DNA of 24,000 bases from assembly GCA_903858655.1 (NCBI GenBank), contig CAIOJS010000266.1:1-24000 (forward strand), in the 5' to 3' direction. This DNA is from an uncultured bacterium. GTDB taxonomy: Bacteria; Bacteroidota; Bacteroidia; Bacteroidales; CAIWKO01. Position 1 is the stretch's first letter, and each line of letters starts with the position of its first letter. The notes beneath the pieces are model-generated. The model did not search any database, was not told the origin of the DNA, and was given only the letters and a program-made list of their open reading frames with translations. Positions 1-7,987 of this stretch are shown one piece after another. The translations under genes and the position numbers were made by a program.

Positions 1-125
1 ATATTATTTATCACTTTTGATTAATCAAGATAGGTTTAGAATTTATTATTTATCACTTTGCATTAATGAAGATGCGTTTAAAATATATTATTTATCACTT
101 TGCATTAATGAAGATGCGTTTATAA
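1..125. repeat. 42-bp tandem repeat, about 3 copies, truncated by the left window edge
   Basis: The unit ATTATTTATCACTTTGCATTAATGAAGATGCGTTTA starts at 45 and 87 (near identical), with a diverged copy at 3. Each unit has an AT-rich palindrome: TTGATTAATCAA in copy 1 and CATTAATG in copies 2 and 3. Confidence 0.85.
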
Positions 126-415
126 TGTTATTTATAAGTATATTATTCCGAAGTTCTCGAATTGCTACAAATTATATTTTGCAACCATAAATCAGTTCTT
201 GTTACCATTTTTATATTAGATGATTGTATTCACCCCGAAAAGAATAGAGTTTTATGATTTGGGTGTGTAGAGTCTTTCAATGTTTCTTAGTTTACTAAGT
301 GCCTTTTTCTCTCCTTGCTCCTTGTCCATTTTTTCTAAAAGTCTAAAGTCTAATACCCTACCCACTTTTTAAATATATATTTTTTATTTATTGATTGTAA
401 TTAAAAAACATTTCG

Positions 416-423
416 TAGTTTTG
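416..423 (+). promoter_or_regulatory. Putative Bacteroidota-type -7 promoter box (TAGTTTTG, consensus TAnnTTTG) for block 1
   Basis: Exact match to TAnnTTTG 37 bp upstream of the ATG at 460. An ATTG lies about 18 bp further upstream as a possible -33 element. Motif match only. Confidence 0.4.
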
Positions 424-459
424 CGAAATATATTAATTACTCATTTAAAAATTATAATC

Positions 460-702
460 ATGAAAATAAAAGTATTAGGAACGGGTTGTTCGAGTTGCAA
501 AACATTAGAGAAATCAGTAGTCAATGCCTTAGCTGAATTGAAAATAAAGGCAGATGTAGAAAAGGTGGAAGATATTCAAAAGATTATGGCGTATGGCATT
601 ATGCGCACTCCCACATTGATTATTGATGAAAAGATTGCTATTAGCGGAAGAGTTCCCGCCATGAAGGAACTGAAAGAAATCATCGAAAAATACAATTACT
701 AA
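460..702 (+). CDS. Small thioredoxin-fold redox-active disulfide protein (TM0996/MTH895-like)
   Basis: ATG at 460 gives MKIKVLGTGCSSCK... (80 aa). It has an N-terminal CxxC (GCSSC) and MRTPTLIIDEK, typical of the small 'redox-active disulfide protein 2' family that accompanies ArsR and ArsP-type permeases. The track start at 391 is TTG and lies upstream of the -7 box. Confidence 0.85.
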   Translation: MKIKVLGTGCSSCKTLEKSVVNALAELKIKADVEKVEDIQKIMAYGIMRTPTLIIDEKIAISGRVPAMKELKEIIEKYNY

Positions 703-703
703 T

Positions 704-1003
704 ATGGCAAAGAAACCGAAATTCACAGCACAGCAAGAGCAAATTGCACGTATAGCCAAAGCATTGAGCCATCCGGCTCGGGTCTATATACTCGAAAAGC
801 TGAACGGGCTGAATGCGTGCTGCACGAGCGGCGAAATGATAGGCGATATCCCCATTGCACGTTCCACCTTGTCGCAACATTTGAAAGAGCTAAAATATTC
901 AGGATTAATACAGGGAGAAATTGAACCACCGCAAATTAAATATTGCATCAACCGTCCGAATTGGGAGATAGCCAAGCTGATGCTGCTCGAATTCATGAAA
1001 TAA
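704..1003 (+). CDS. arsR: ArsR/SmtB-family metalloregulator (paralog 1)
   Basis: Winged-HTH signature HPARVYILEKL...STLSQHLKELKYSGLI. A vicinal Cys pair (NACCTSGEM) sits at the alpha3 position used by As(III)-sensing ArsR. The gene starts 1 nt after the upstream stop. Confidence 0.9.
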   Translation: MAKKPKFTAQQEQIARIAKALSHPARVYILEKLNGLNACCTSGEMIGDIPIARSTLSQHLKELKYSGLIQGEIEPPQIKYCINRPNWEIAKLMLLEFMK

Positions 1004-1053
1004 GTATTAAGCAAATCATTTCGTAATAAGCAAAAATAACAAAACGCACAGAT

Positions 1054-1593
1054 ATGAAAACACAAAACAAATTACAATTCGCAAGTATAGTCTACTTGTT
1101 GATGGTCCTGTTGTTTGCAGGATGCGGTTCGAGTGGAAATAAAACGGAAGTTCCTAAAAAAACAGACAGCATACGCGCCACCGAAAATCCTAAAGAAGCT
1201 TCGGTGCCGATAAAAGATACGGCGAACAAAGCTGCGGTAGCCCCTGTTAGTAATGATGTTTCGAAAGTTATGATTTATAATTTTCACGTAACGAATCGCT
1301 GCGCATCGTGCATCGCCATTGAAGAAGCCACCACGAAAACGCTAAAGACCTATTTTGAAAATGAACTGAAGCAAGGGCGAGTCAAACGGCGCATAGTAAA
1401 TGTGGATGACGAAGCCAATCAGAAAATTGCAGAGAAATATCAGGCTTTCGGTTCGGGCATTTTTGTCACACGTATATATAAAGGTAAAGAAACGACCACC
1501 GACCTCACGGGCGATGGTTTCAAATTTGCTAAAAACAAAGAAGAACGATTTATAGAAATCCTTAAAAATAAGATTCTCGAATATTTAAAATAA
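1054..1593 (+). CDS. Lipoprotein with C-terminal thioredoxin-like CxxC domain
   Basis: Signal peptide with lipobox LLFAGC. A Pro/Lys/Ala-rich linker is followed by FHVTNRCASCIAIE (CxxC) and a thioredoxin-like remainder. It is a paralog of the next ORF. Confidence 0.75.
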   Translation: MKTQNKLQFASIVYLLMVLLFAGCGSSGNKTEVPKKTDSIRATENPKEASVPIKDTANKAAVAPVSNDVSKVMIYNFHVTNRCASCIAIEEATTKTLKTYFENELKQGRVKRRIVNVDDEANQKIAEKYQAFGSGIFVTRIYKGKETTTDLTGDGFKFAKNKEERFIEILKNKILEYLK

Positions 1594-1599
1594 ACCGCC

Positions 1600-2028
1600 A
1601 TGAAAAAAATTGCATGTCTTATTATTATCCTTTTTTCGTTGACTACCTTTGCTCAACAAAAAGGCGACACCATCATTGCCAACAATCCAAGTAACTTAAA
1701 ATTGAAAGTGTTATATTTTCATGTAACCAATCGTTGTGCGACCTGCAGAAGCATTGAAGCCAATGTTAGAAAAACCTTGAATGATTATTTTCTCAATAAA
1801 ATAGAACTTGGCACGATAGATTTTTATGTGGTCAATTGCGAGTTGCCCGAAAACAAGGAACTCGCTAAAAAATATGACGCTTATGGAGCCACTTTAGCCA
1901 TAACAAGTTATATGAATGGAAAAGAGGCACGAACGGAAGATTTAAGCAATTGGGCATTCCAAAAAGCCCACGATGCTGAGGTGTTTGTTGCCGAACTAAA
2001 AACCAAAATAGAGGATTACATTAAATAA
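1600..2028 (+). CDS. Secreted thioredoxin-like CxxC protein (paralog of 1054-1593)
   Basis: Signal peptide MKKIACLIIILFSLTTFAQQ. It shares the motif YFHVTNRCATCRSIE and ...AKKYDAYGATL... with the upstream lipoprotein. Confidence 0.75.
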   Translation: MKKIACLIIILFSLTTFAQQKGDTIIANNPSNLKLKVLYFHVTNRCATCRSIEANVRKTLNDYFLNKIELGTIDFYVVNCELPENKELAKKYDAYGATLAITSYMNGKEARTEDLSNWAFQKAHDAEVFVAELKTKIEDYIK

Positions 2029-2038
2029 AAACAACAAA

Positions 2039-2755
2039 ATGGAAGTATTACAGAATTGGTTAGACGCCACGAATGTTCCCTTTCTATCAGCATTTATATT
2101 GGGCATCATGACAGCGATAAGCCCCTGTCCACTTGCCACCAATATAACCGCTATCGGGTTTATCAGCAAAGATATTGAACATAAAAAGAAAATATTTTTC
2201 AATGGATTGTGGTACACTTTGGGCAGAGCCATAAGTTATACTACTCTCGGTGTGATATTATATTTTGGAGCAAGCAAGTTTCATGTTGCCAAGTTCTTTC
2301 AACTGAATGGAGAAAAATTTTTAGGACCATTACTCATCATTGTGGGCATATTAATGTTCGACTTTATCCGAATAAAATTTCCGGGTTTTGGCAAATTGAG
2401 CGAACGGATGCAGCATAGAAAACGGAAAAACAATTGGTGGAGTGCTCTGCTTTTAGGGATAGTGTTTGCGCTTGCGTTTTGCCCCTACAGTGGTGTGCTG
2501 TATTTCGGCATGTTGATACCCGTCACCATCAGTAGTCCTTCGGGATTGTTTCTGCCTTTTGTGTTTGCTTTTGCCACCGGGTTGCCCGTAATTATCGTGG
2601 CATATCTGCTTGCCTTCAGTCTTTCGAGTATAGGTGGATTTTATCACAAGGTGAAGATATTTGAGAAATGGTTTCGACGTATTGTGGCGGTTGCATTTAT
2701 TATTGTCGGATTTTATTATGTATATATCTTTTACTTTAAAGACATGATACAATGA
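2039..2755 (+). CDS. DsbD_2/CcdA-like transmembrane thiol-disulfide (electron transfer) protein
   Basis: About 6 hydrophobic helices, with Cys-Pro motifs in helices (AISPCPLATN and ALAFCPYSG) as in the cytochrome c biogenesis/DsbD transmembrane family. The stop overlaps the next start (ATGA at 2752-2755). Confidence 0.7.
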   Translation: MEVLQNWLDATNVPFLSAFILGIMTAISPCPLATNITAIGFISKDIEHKKKIFFNGLWYTLGRAISYTTLGVILYFGASKFHVAKFFQLNGEKFLGPLLIIVGILMFDFIRIKFPGFGKLSERMQHRKRKNNWWSALLLGIVFALAFCPYSGVLYFGMLIPVTISSPSGLFLPFVFAFATGLPVIIVAYLLAFSLSSIGGFYHKVKIFEKWFRRIVAVAFIIVGFYYVYIFYFKDMIQ

Positions 2756-3789
2756 GCCTAAACTTTTTCAAAAGTCCGAAAGGCAAAATAATACTGCCAC
2801 TTTTGTTGATTCCAATTTGGTATCTGATATATCATTTTTTGCAGCCTTTCACCGATTGGTTGATATTTTCTGCATTGGGCATGACCAAAGGAAATCATTT
2901 GGCAGAAGCACTTTGGTTTTTTATCTTTGAGTTTCCAAAGGTAATGCTGCTTTTGACATTGATAATTTTCTTTGTTGGCATCCTGCGCACTTTCTTCACT
3001 CCCGAACGAACGCGCAAAGCTTTGGAAGGAAAAAAGACTTTTACAGGAAATGTGATGGCTTCCTTGCTTGGCATTGTCACCCCTTTTTGCTCCTGCTCGG
3101 CTATTCCCTTGTTTTTAGGTTTTGTTGAAGCCGGTGTTCCTTTAGGTGTTACGTTCTCGTTTTTGATCGCAGCGCCCATGATCAACGAGGTGGCGGTGGT
3201 GCTTTTATATGGCATGTTTGGCTGGAAAGTAGCATTAATATATATAGGTACAGGTTTAGTAATTGCTATAACTGCGGGATGGGTCATTGGTAAATTGAAA
3301 CTCGAACGTTGGGTTGAACCTTGGGTGTATGAAACCAAAGTAGGGCACAATGCCTTGGGAGAAGAAAAAGTACATTTCAGCGATAGAATTAAATTTGGAT
3401 ACGATGCCGTGAAAGAAATTGTGGGCAAGGTATGGCTGTATGTAGCTTTGGGAATCGCGGTGGGTGCAGGGGCACATGGATATGTTCCTGCGGAATTCAT
3501 GGCTTCGTTGATGGGCAAAGATGTATGGTATGCCGTGCCGCTTTCCGTTTTGATTGGCATTCCTTTATATTCAAATGCCGCAGGCATAGTTCCTATCGTT
3601 TCAGTTTTAATCGAAAAAGGAGCCTCCCTCGGAACTTCGCTGGCTTTCATGATGTCGGTGATTGGTTTGTCCTTGCCCGAAATGGTGATTCTACGAAAAG
3701 TACTGAAACTGCCTTTAATATTCACATTTATTGCTGTTGTTGGTTGTGGTATTATGATAGTTGGATTTTTATTTAATTGGATATTTTAA
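2752..3789 (+). CDS. Permease of the ArsP / PF03773 type with conserved CSC motif
   Basis: Polytopic membrane protein with TPFCSCSAIPLF in an early helix. As I recall, this vicinal-Cys motif is characteristic of ArsP-type organoarsenical efflux permeases. The family usually pairs with the small redox-active disulfide protein and ArsR. Confidence 0.75.
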   Translation: MSLNFFKSPKGKIILPLLLIPIWYLIYHFLQPFTDWLIFSALGMTKGNHLAEALWFFIFEFPKVMLLLTLIIFFVGILRTFFTPERTRKALEGKKTFTGNVMASLLGIVTPFCSCSAIPLFLGFVEAGVPLGVTFSFLIAAPMINEVAVVLLYGMFGWKVALIYIGTGLVIAITAGWVIGKLKLERWVEPWVYETKVGHNALGEEKVHFSDRIKFGYDAVKEIVGKVWLYVALGIAVGAGAHGYVPAEFMASLMGKDVWYAVPLSVLIGIPLYSNAAGIVPIVSVLIEKGASLGTSLAFMMSVIGLSLPEMVILRKVLKLPLIFTFIAVVGCGIMIVGFLFNWIF

Positions 3790-3947
3790 GGAATCTGTCA
3801 AAAATGCACCCAAAATAAGCCTAAAATCCAAAGCCTAACAATCAAAATTCAAAATATTTTCAATAAGTAAACGAACTAGAATTTACAAGCTTGAATAAAT
3901 TTAATAAACTTTCAAACTTTTTTCATTGTCAATTCAAATTAATGTCG

Positions 3948-3955
3948 TATGTTTG
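3948..3955 (+). promoter_or_regulatory. Putative -7 promoter box (TATGTTTG) for block 2
   Basis: Exact TAnnTTTG match 21 bp upstream of the ATG at 3976. It overlaps the alternative ATG at 3949, which argues for 3976 as the true start. An imperfect palindrome, AATTTACAAGCTTGAATAAATT (3880-3901), lies about 50 bp upstream. Confidence 0.4.
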
Positions 3956-3975
3956 CGTCATTAAACATTAGAACC

Positions 3976-4311
3976 ATGACCAACAATAAATCCAAACGAT
4001 TCGAAGCTGATCAACAGAACATTGCGCTCTGTTGCAAGGTGCTTTCTCACCCTGCTAGAATTGCAATAATTCAGTTGCTTGCCGAAAAAAAGGAGATACG
4101 CACGGGTGATATATCCGATTTTTTGCCCATAAGCCGCACCACCGTCTCCCAACATCTCAAAGAACTCAAAGAAATGGACATCATAAAAGGCACTATTGAT
4201 GGGCTAAAAATACATTATTGTCTGAATATGGAAAAGCTCAACGAGATAAAAGAAATTTTCAACAGCTTTTTTGATAGTTCCATAAGTCCGTTTTGCTGCT
4301 CATGCGATTAA
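3976..4311 (+). CDS. arsR: ArsR/SmtB-family metalloregulator (paralog 2) with N-terminal CC and C-terminal CCSC
   Basis: HPARIAIIQLLAEKKEIRTGDISDFLPISRTTVSQHLKELKEMDIIKG. There is a vicinal Cys pair in ALCCKV and a C-terminal tail SPFCCSCD. The start could alternatively be 3949. Confidence 0.88.
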   Translation: MTNNKSKRFEADQQNIALCCKVLSHPARIAIIQLLAEKKEIRTGDISDFLPISRTTVSQHLKELKEMDIIKGTIDGLKIHYCLNMEKLNEIKEIFNSFFDSSISPFCCSCD

Positions 4312-4341
4312 AATAATTACTAACCTTATATATAAATAAAC

Positions 4342-5163
4342 ATGAAAAAAATTAATCTGATTATCGGTGCAATCATTATGATTTCGCTCTCGTTGAGCGC
4401 AATGGCACATAACTCTTCTCCCGTATCGGGGAAAGCAGTTACTCATAAAAGTAAAGCAAATGGTGTATCTTTCAATGCTGCCACCAATCCTGCAGCCGAT
4501 TTGGAAAAAGCTAAAAAAGAAGGCAAATCGGTCTTCTTGGTGATAACAGGAACCGGGGCAATTGGCGTAGAAAAAATGGTAACGATAGCTAAAGCTGCCA
4601 ATGCAAAAGTGCTTAAGTCTGTAGTTGTTCAAATGAACAAAGATGATGCTGCCAACAGTGCTTTGGTGAGCAAGTTGGGCGTTTCGGGTGTGCAAGTACC
4701 TCTTATCTTGGTGATTTCGCCCAAAGGTGTTGCCGTGGCAGGTTTCAATACTACACAAGCCACAACCGAACTGCTGGTTCAAGCTATTCCTTCGCCCAAG
4801 CAGGATGAGGTGTTGTTTGCTATTTCGCAAAAGAAACCAGTGTTTTTGGTGATTTCAAAAAAAGGTTTGACCGACAAGACTGCGCTCATAGCCAATTGCA
4901 ATACGGCAAGCACCAAAATGACAATTAAACCCGTAATAGTGGAATTTGATTTTGCCGACACCAAAGAAGCTGCTTTTCTGAAACAATTAGCAGTTGCAGA
5001 TGTTACTACAAAAACACGCATCATCGTAATCAATGCATCTGGGCAAATTGCCGACCGCTATGAGGGCACGGCAACCGAAGCTGCTTTGATGGCTTCGGCA
5101 ACCAAAGTGGTGTTGAGCAGTTGTTGTCCGGGTGGCAGCAGCAGCGGTTGTGGTAAAAAATAA
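4342..5163 (+). CDS. Secreted two-module protein (thioredoxin-like folds without CxxC) with Cys-rich C-terminal tail
   Basis: Signal peptide ...LSLSAMA-HN. Two internally similar modules (KSVFLVITG...VPLILVISPKG and KPVFLVISKKG...RIIVINASG). The tail is SSCCPGGSSSGCGKK. I recognise no family. Confidence 0.7.
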   Translation: MKKINLIIGAIIMISLSLSAMAHNSSPVSGKAVTHKSKANGVSFNAATNPAADLEKAKKEGKSVFLVITGTGAIGVEKMVTIAKAANAKVLKSVVVQMNKDDAANSALVSKLGVSGVQVPLILVISPKGVAVAGFNTTQATTELLVQAIPSPKQDEVLFAISQKKPVFLVISKKGLTDKTALIANCNTASTKMTIKPVIVEFDFADTKEAAFLKQLAVADVTTKTRIIVINASGQIADRYEGTATEAALMASATKVVLSSCCPGGSSSGCGKK

Positions 5164-5169
5164 TTTGGT

Positions 5170-6390
5170 ATGAATATCAGAAAACTTGTCTGGCTTGAGT
5201 TTAAACAGCACAAGTCACAATTGATTTCAGGTTTGTTAGCAATTACTTTAGGAATTGCCGTAATCGTTGGAATTAGGTCTATTTCAGTCGTGTCAGAGAA
5301 AGCAGTGGCTGTAAACCTTGATAATTTGGGTGCCAACATATTGGTGTTACCCCAAGCCTCCAATGTGGATAATTATTACGCTGCCGATATTGATGCTCCC
5401 ACCATGCCCGAAGAATATGTGGACAGAATTGTTTCGTCCAACTTAGAAGGTGTGGACAATTTGTCGCCCAAACTGACGCGAAGAATTAAGGTGGGCACAG
5501 AAAATGTTGTGCTCACAGGTATCATGCCGAAGAATGAAATCACCTCCAAACCTATGTGGCAACAGTCTGGTTTGTTGGGCAATGATTTGAAAGCAAGTTG
5601 CGCCCCCACCAATGCAGTGAACCAAAGCAATGGCTATGAAGATGAAAAATTGAAACGTAAGGTTATCGATTCTTTGGGAGCAGATGAATATTTGCTCGGT
5701 TCCACAATTGCACGAAAATTAAAATTGGCGGATGGCGGCAGTGTTGTTATTCTTGGCGAGAAATTCAAAGTGAGCAGAGTGCTCAACGAAACAGGCACCG
5801 TTGACGACGACCGCATATTCATACATCTGCGCAAAGCTCAAGAATTGTTGAAAATTCCCAATCAAGTGAGTGCCATCGAAATTATGGGGTGTTGCAATGC
5901 CATTTCCGACGGACTGTTGAGCAAATTGCGCAATGTTTTGCCCGATACACGAATCACCACTATTGGTCAAATCGTAGCAACGCAAATTCAAACCAACAAA
6001 ATGATGAATAAGGTGTCGCTCATTTTTCTTATCATTATCATATTTGTAGGTGGTATATCCATCGGTAATTTTATGTGGGCAAACATCAACGAGCGCCGCA
6101 AAGAGATTGGAATGTTGCGTATGATAGGATTTAATAAGGCAACGATTTATCGAATGATATTAGCCAAAGCCTTCGTATTGGGCATCATCGGAGGCTTAAT
6201 CGGTTATATCCTTGGCACGGCAGCAGGCGTTTGGTTGGGTCCCGAATTGGCGGGGCTTCCCGTGCAGCCGATTCCAAGCCTCATCTTGATTTCTTTATGT
6301 ATATCTATAGTTGTATCACTTTTAGGTTCCATTCTCCCGGCATATCTAGCGGGACGAATTGACCCTTTTAAAAACATGCAGGAGGTGTAA
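5170..6390 (+). CDS. ABC transporter permease, FtsX/MacB-type
   Basis: N-terminal TM helix (LISGLLAITLGIAVIVGI), a roughly 250-aa extracytoplasmic domain, then three C-terminal helices with an FtsX-like segment (RRKEIGMLRMIGFNKATIYRMIL...). Confidence 0.88.
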   Translation: MNIRKLVWLEFKQHKSQLISGLLAITLGIAVIVGIRSISVVSEKAVAVNLDNLGANILVLPQASNVDNYYAADIDAPTMPEEYVDRIVSSNLEGVDNLSPKLTRRIKVGTENVVLTGIMPKNEITSKPMWQQSGLLGNDLKASCAPTNAVNQSNGYEDEKLKRKVIDSLGADEYLLGSTIARKLKLADGGSVVILGEKFKVSRVLNETGTVDDDRIFIHLRKAQELLKIPNQVSAIEIMGCCNAISDGLLSKLRNVLPDTRITTIGQIVATQIQTNKMMNKVSLIFLIIIIFVGGISIGNFMWANINERRKEIGMLRMIGFNKATIYRMILAKAFVLGIIGGLIGYILGTAAGVWLGPELAGLPVQPIPSLILISLCISIVVSLLGSILPAYLAGRIDPFKNMQEV

Positions 6391-7056
6391 ATGATTCTAA
6401 AAACAAACAATCTCTGTAAACAATATCAACATAAAGATGTACCTGTTGATGCTTTGAATCATGTAAGTTTTGACGTGAACGAAGGCGATTTTGTTACCAT
6501 CACGGGGGCATCGGGTTCGGGCAAGACTACATTATTATTATCCCTTGCTGGATTGATTCAAGCCTCTTCGGGCGAAATACGCATCATGGACTTTGATGTG
6601 GTGCAAGCTTCCGACCGTAAACTCTCTGATTTCAGACGGAAGCATATCGGCTTTGTGATGCAAAGTTTTGCCTTGATTCCATATCTTACGGCTATCGAAA
6701 ATGTGATGCTACCTTTAGCGATATCAAAGGGTAAGAAAGAACAAAAATATCAAAAGGCATTGGCGTTGCTCAAATTGGTTGATTTGGAGAACAGGAAGAA
6801 TCATTTACCGAGTGAACTTTCTGCCGGACAACAGCAAAGGGTGGCGATTGCAAGAGCTTTGGTGAATTCACCTACCTTAATATTAGCAGATGAACCAACA
6901 GGGAACTTAGACCCGAGTCTTTCTACCGATATTCTGAATCTTCTGAAGAAAATAAATAAAGAAGAGAAAATTACGATACTTATGGTTACGCATAGCCCTT
7001 TGGCAGCGGAATATGGAAATCGAAAAATCAATCTTCATAATGGTTGCATAAATTAA
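6391..7056 (+). CDS. ABC transporter ATP-binding protein (MacB/LolD/FtsE-like)
   Basis: Walker A GASGSGKTT, signature LSAGQQQRVAIARAL, Walker B LILADEPTGNLD, H-loop MVTHS. The start abuts the permease stop. Confidence 0.93.
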   Translation: MILKTNNLCKQYQHKDVPVDALNHVSFDVNEGDFVTITGASGSGKTTLLLSLAGLIQASSGEIRIMDFDVVQASDRKLSDFRRKHIGFVMQSFALIPYLTAIENVMLPLAISKGKKEQKYQKALALLKLVDLENRKNHLPSELSAGQQQRVAIARALVNSPTLILADEPTGNLDPSLSTDILNLLKKINKEEKITILMVTHSPLAAEYGNRKINLHNGCIN

Positions 7057-7496
7057 AAGTGGAAACAAAACAGACTACAACATATTTCACCTCTCATGGG
7101 TTCTTTTCGGCAGGATTTTTTAATCTAACGCCCAAAGAAGCTTTTGAGGAAGCACAAAACAAAACTGCAATTGTGGATGTGCGAGAAGAAGATTTTACTG
7201 CTTTTAAATGTTTTGATGTGCCCACTGTTATCTATATACCCTATTCTCAAATGGTTTCGCGCTTTGAGGAACTTCCTCAAGATATACCTTTGATTATTGC
7301 CGATTCTGTTGGTCTGAGAAGTAAGGAAGCCATGATGTTTATAACTAGTAAAGGCTTTGAGAATATTGCAAATATGGCAGGTGGCATGGTTGAATGGGAG
7401 CGCGATGGTTTGCCTCTTGTCTTGGATGCTACCGAAAGGCTTGATGGGTCGTGTATGTGTCAATTGAAACCAAGAAATAAATTAAAAAATAAATAG
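7044..7496 (+). CDS. Rhodanese-homology domain protein with Asp in place of the catalytic Cys
   Basis: AIVDVREEDF...PLIIADSVGLRSKEAMMFITSKGFENIANMAGGMVEWERDGLPL aligns to the rhodanese fold. The active-site loop reads ADSVGLRS where CxxGxRS is expected. The C-terminal region has GSCMCQ. It overlaps the ATPase gene by 13 nt. Confidence 0.8.
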   Translation: MHKLKVETKQTTTYFTSHGFFSAGFFNLTPKEAFEEAQNKTAIVDVREEDFTAFKCFDVPTVIYIPYSQMVSRFEELPQDIPLIIADSVGLRSKEAMMFITSKGFENIANMAGGMVEWERDGLPLVLDATERLDGSCMCQLKPRNKLKNK

Positions 7497-7500
7497 AACA

Positions 7501-7917
7501 ATGAAAGTACTAATAATTTGTACAGGCAACACCTGTAGAAGTCAGATGGCAGAGGGATTTTTGAAATCTTTTGATGCGCAACTTGAAGTATATTCTGCAG
7601 GAACCAAAGCGGAGAAGCAAGTCAATCTTTATGCGGTGAAAGCCATGAGTGAGTTGGGCATTGACATCAGCCAACAACATCCGAAACATGTGGATGAGTT
7701 TCTGGGAGTTGATTTTGATTATGTGATTACTGTTTGCGACGGTGCCAAAGAAATCTGTCCGGTTTTCACAGGTAAAGTAAAGCAACGTATGCATATTGGC
7801 TTTGATGACCCTGCCGATGCAAAGGGAAGTGAGGAGGAAATCATGCCGATATATAGAAGGGTGCGGGATGAGATAAAAGAACGGTTTCATACCTTTTATA
7901 TGAATGACATTCAATAG
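7501..7917 (+). CDS. arsC: Arsenate reductase, LMW-PTP family (thioredoxin-coupled type)
   Basis: The P-loop VLIICTGNTCRSQMAEG (CX5R), and VITVCDGAKEICPVF supplying the two downstream Cys, match the S. aureus pI258 ArsC Cys10/Cys82/Cys89 pattern. Confidence 0.93.
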   Translation: MKVLIICTGNTCRSQMAEGFLKSFDAQLEVYSAGTKAEKQVNLYAVKAMSELGIDISQQHPKHVDEFLGVDFDYVITVCDGAKEICPVFTGKVKQRMHIGFDDPADAKGSEEEIMPIYRRVRDEIKERFHTFYMNDIQ

Positions 7918-7987
7918 CAAATGAATAAATAAAACAACGAAGATAATTACATAACAACCTATCAACTGAATACTAAATTTTAAAACA

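Noticed and set aside
391-459. Upstream TTG start for the mini-thioredoxin. The same issue applies to 18021-18101, 19196-19207 and 19295-19309.
   Set aside because: These track starts are TTG codons that add non-homologous residues. In-frame ATGs give products matching family N-termini, and here the putative -7 box lies inside the extension.
2895-3725. 276-aa ORF antisense to the ArsP-type permease.
   Set aside because: It is entirely embedded opposite a gene with clear family motifs. Its Ser/Thr/Pro/Lys-rich composition is typical of the mirror frame of a membrane protein, and it has no recognisable domain.
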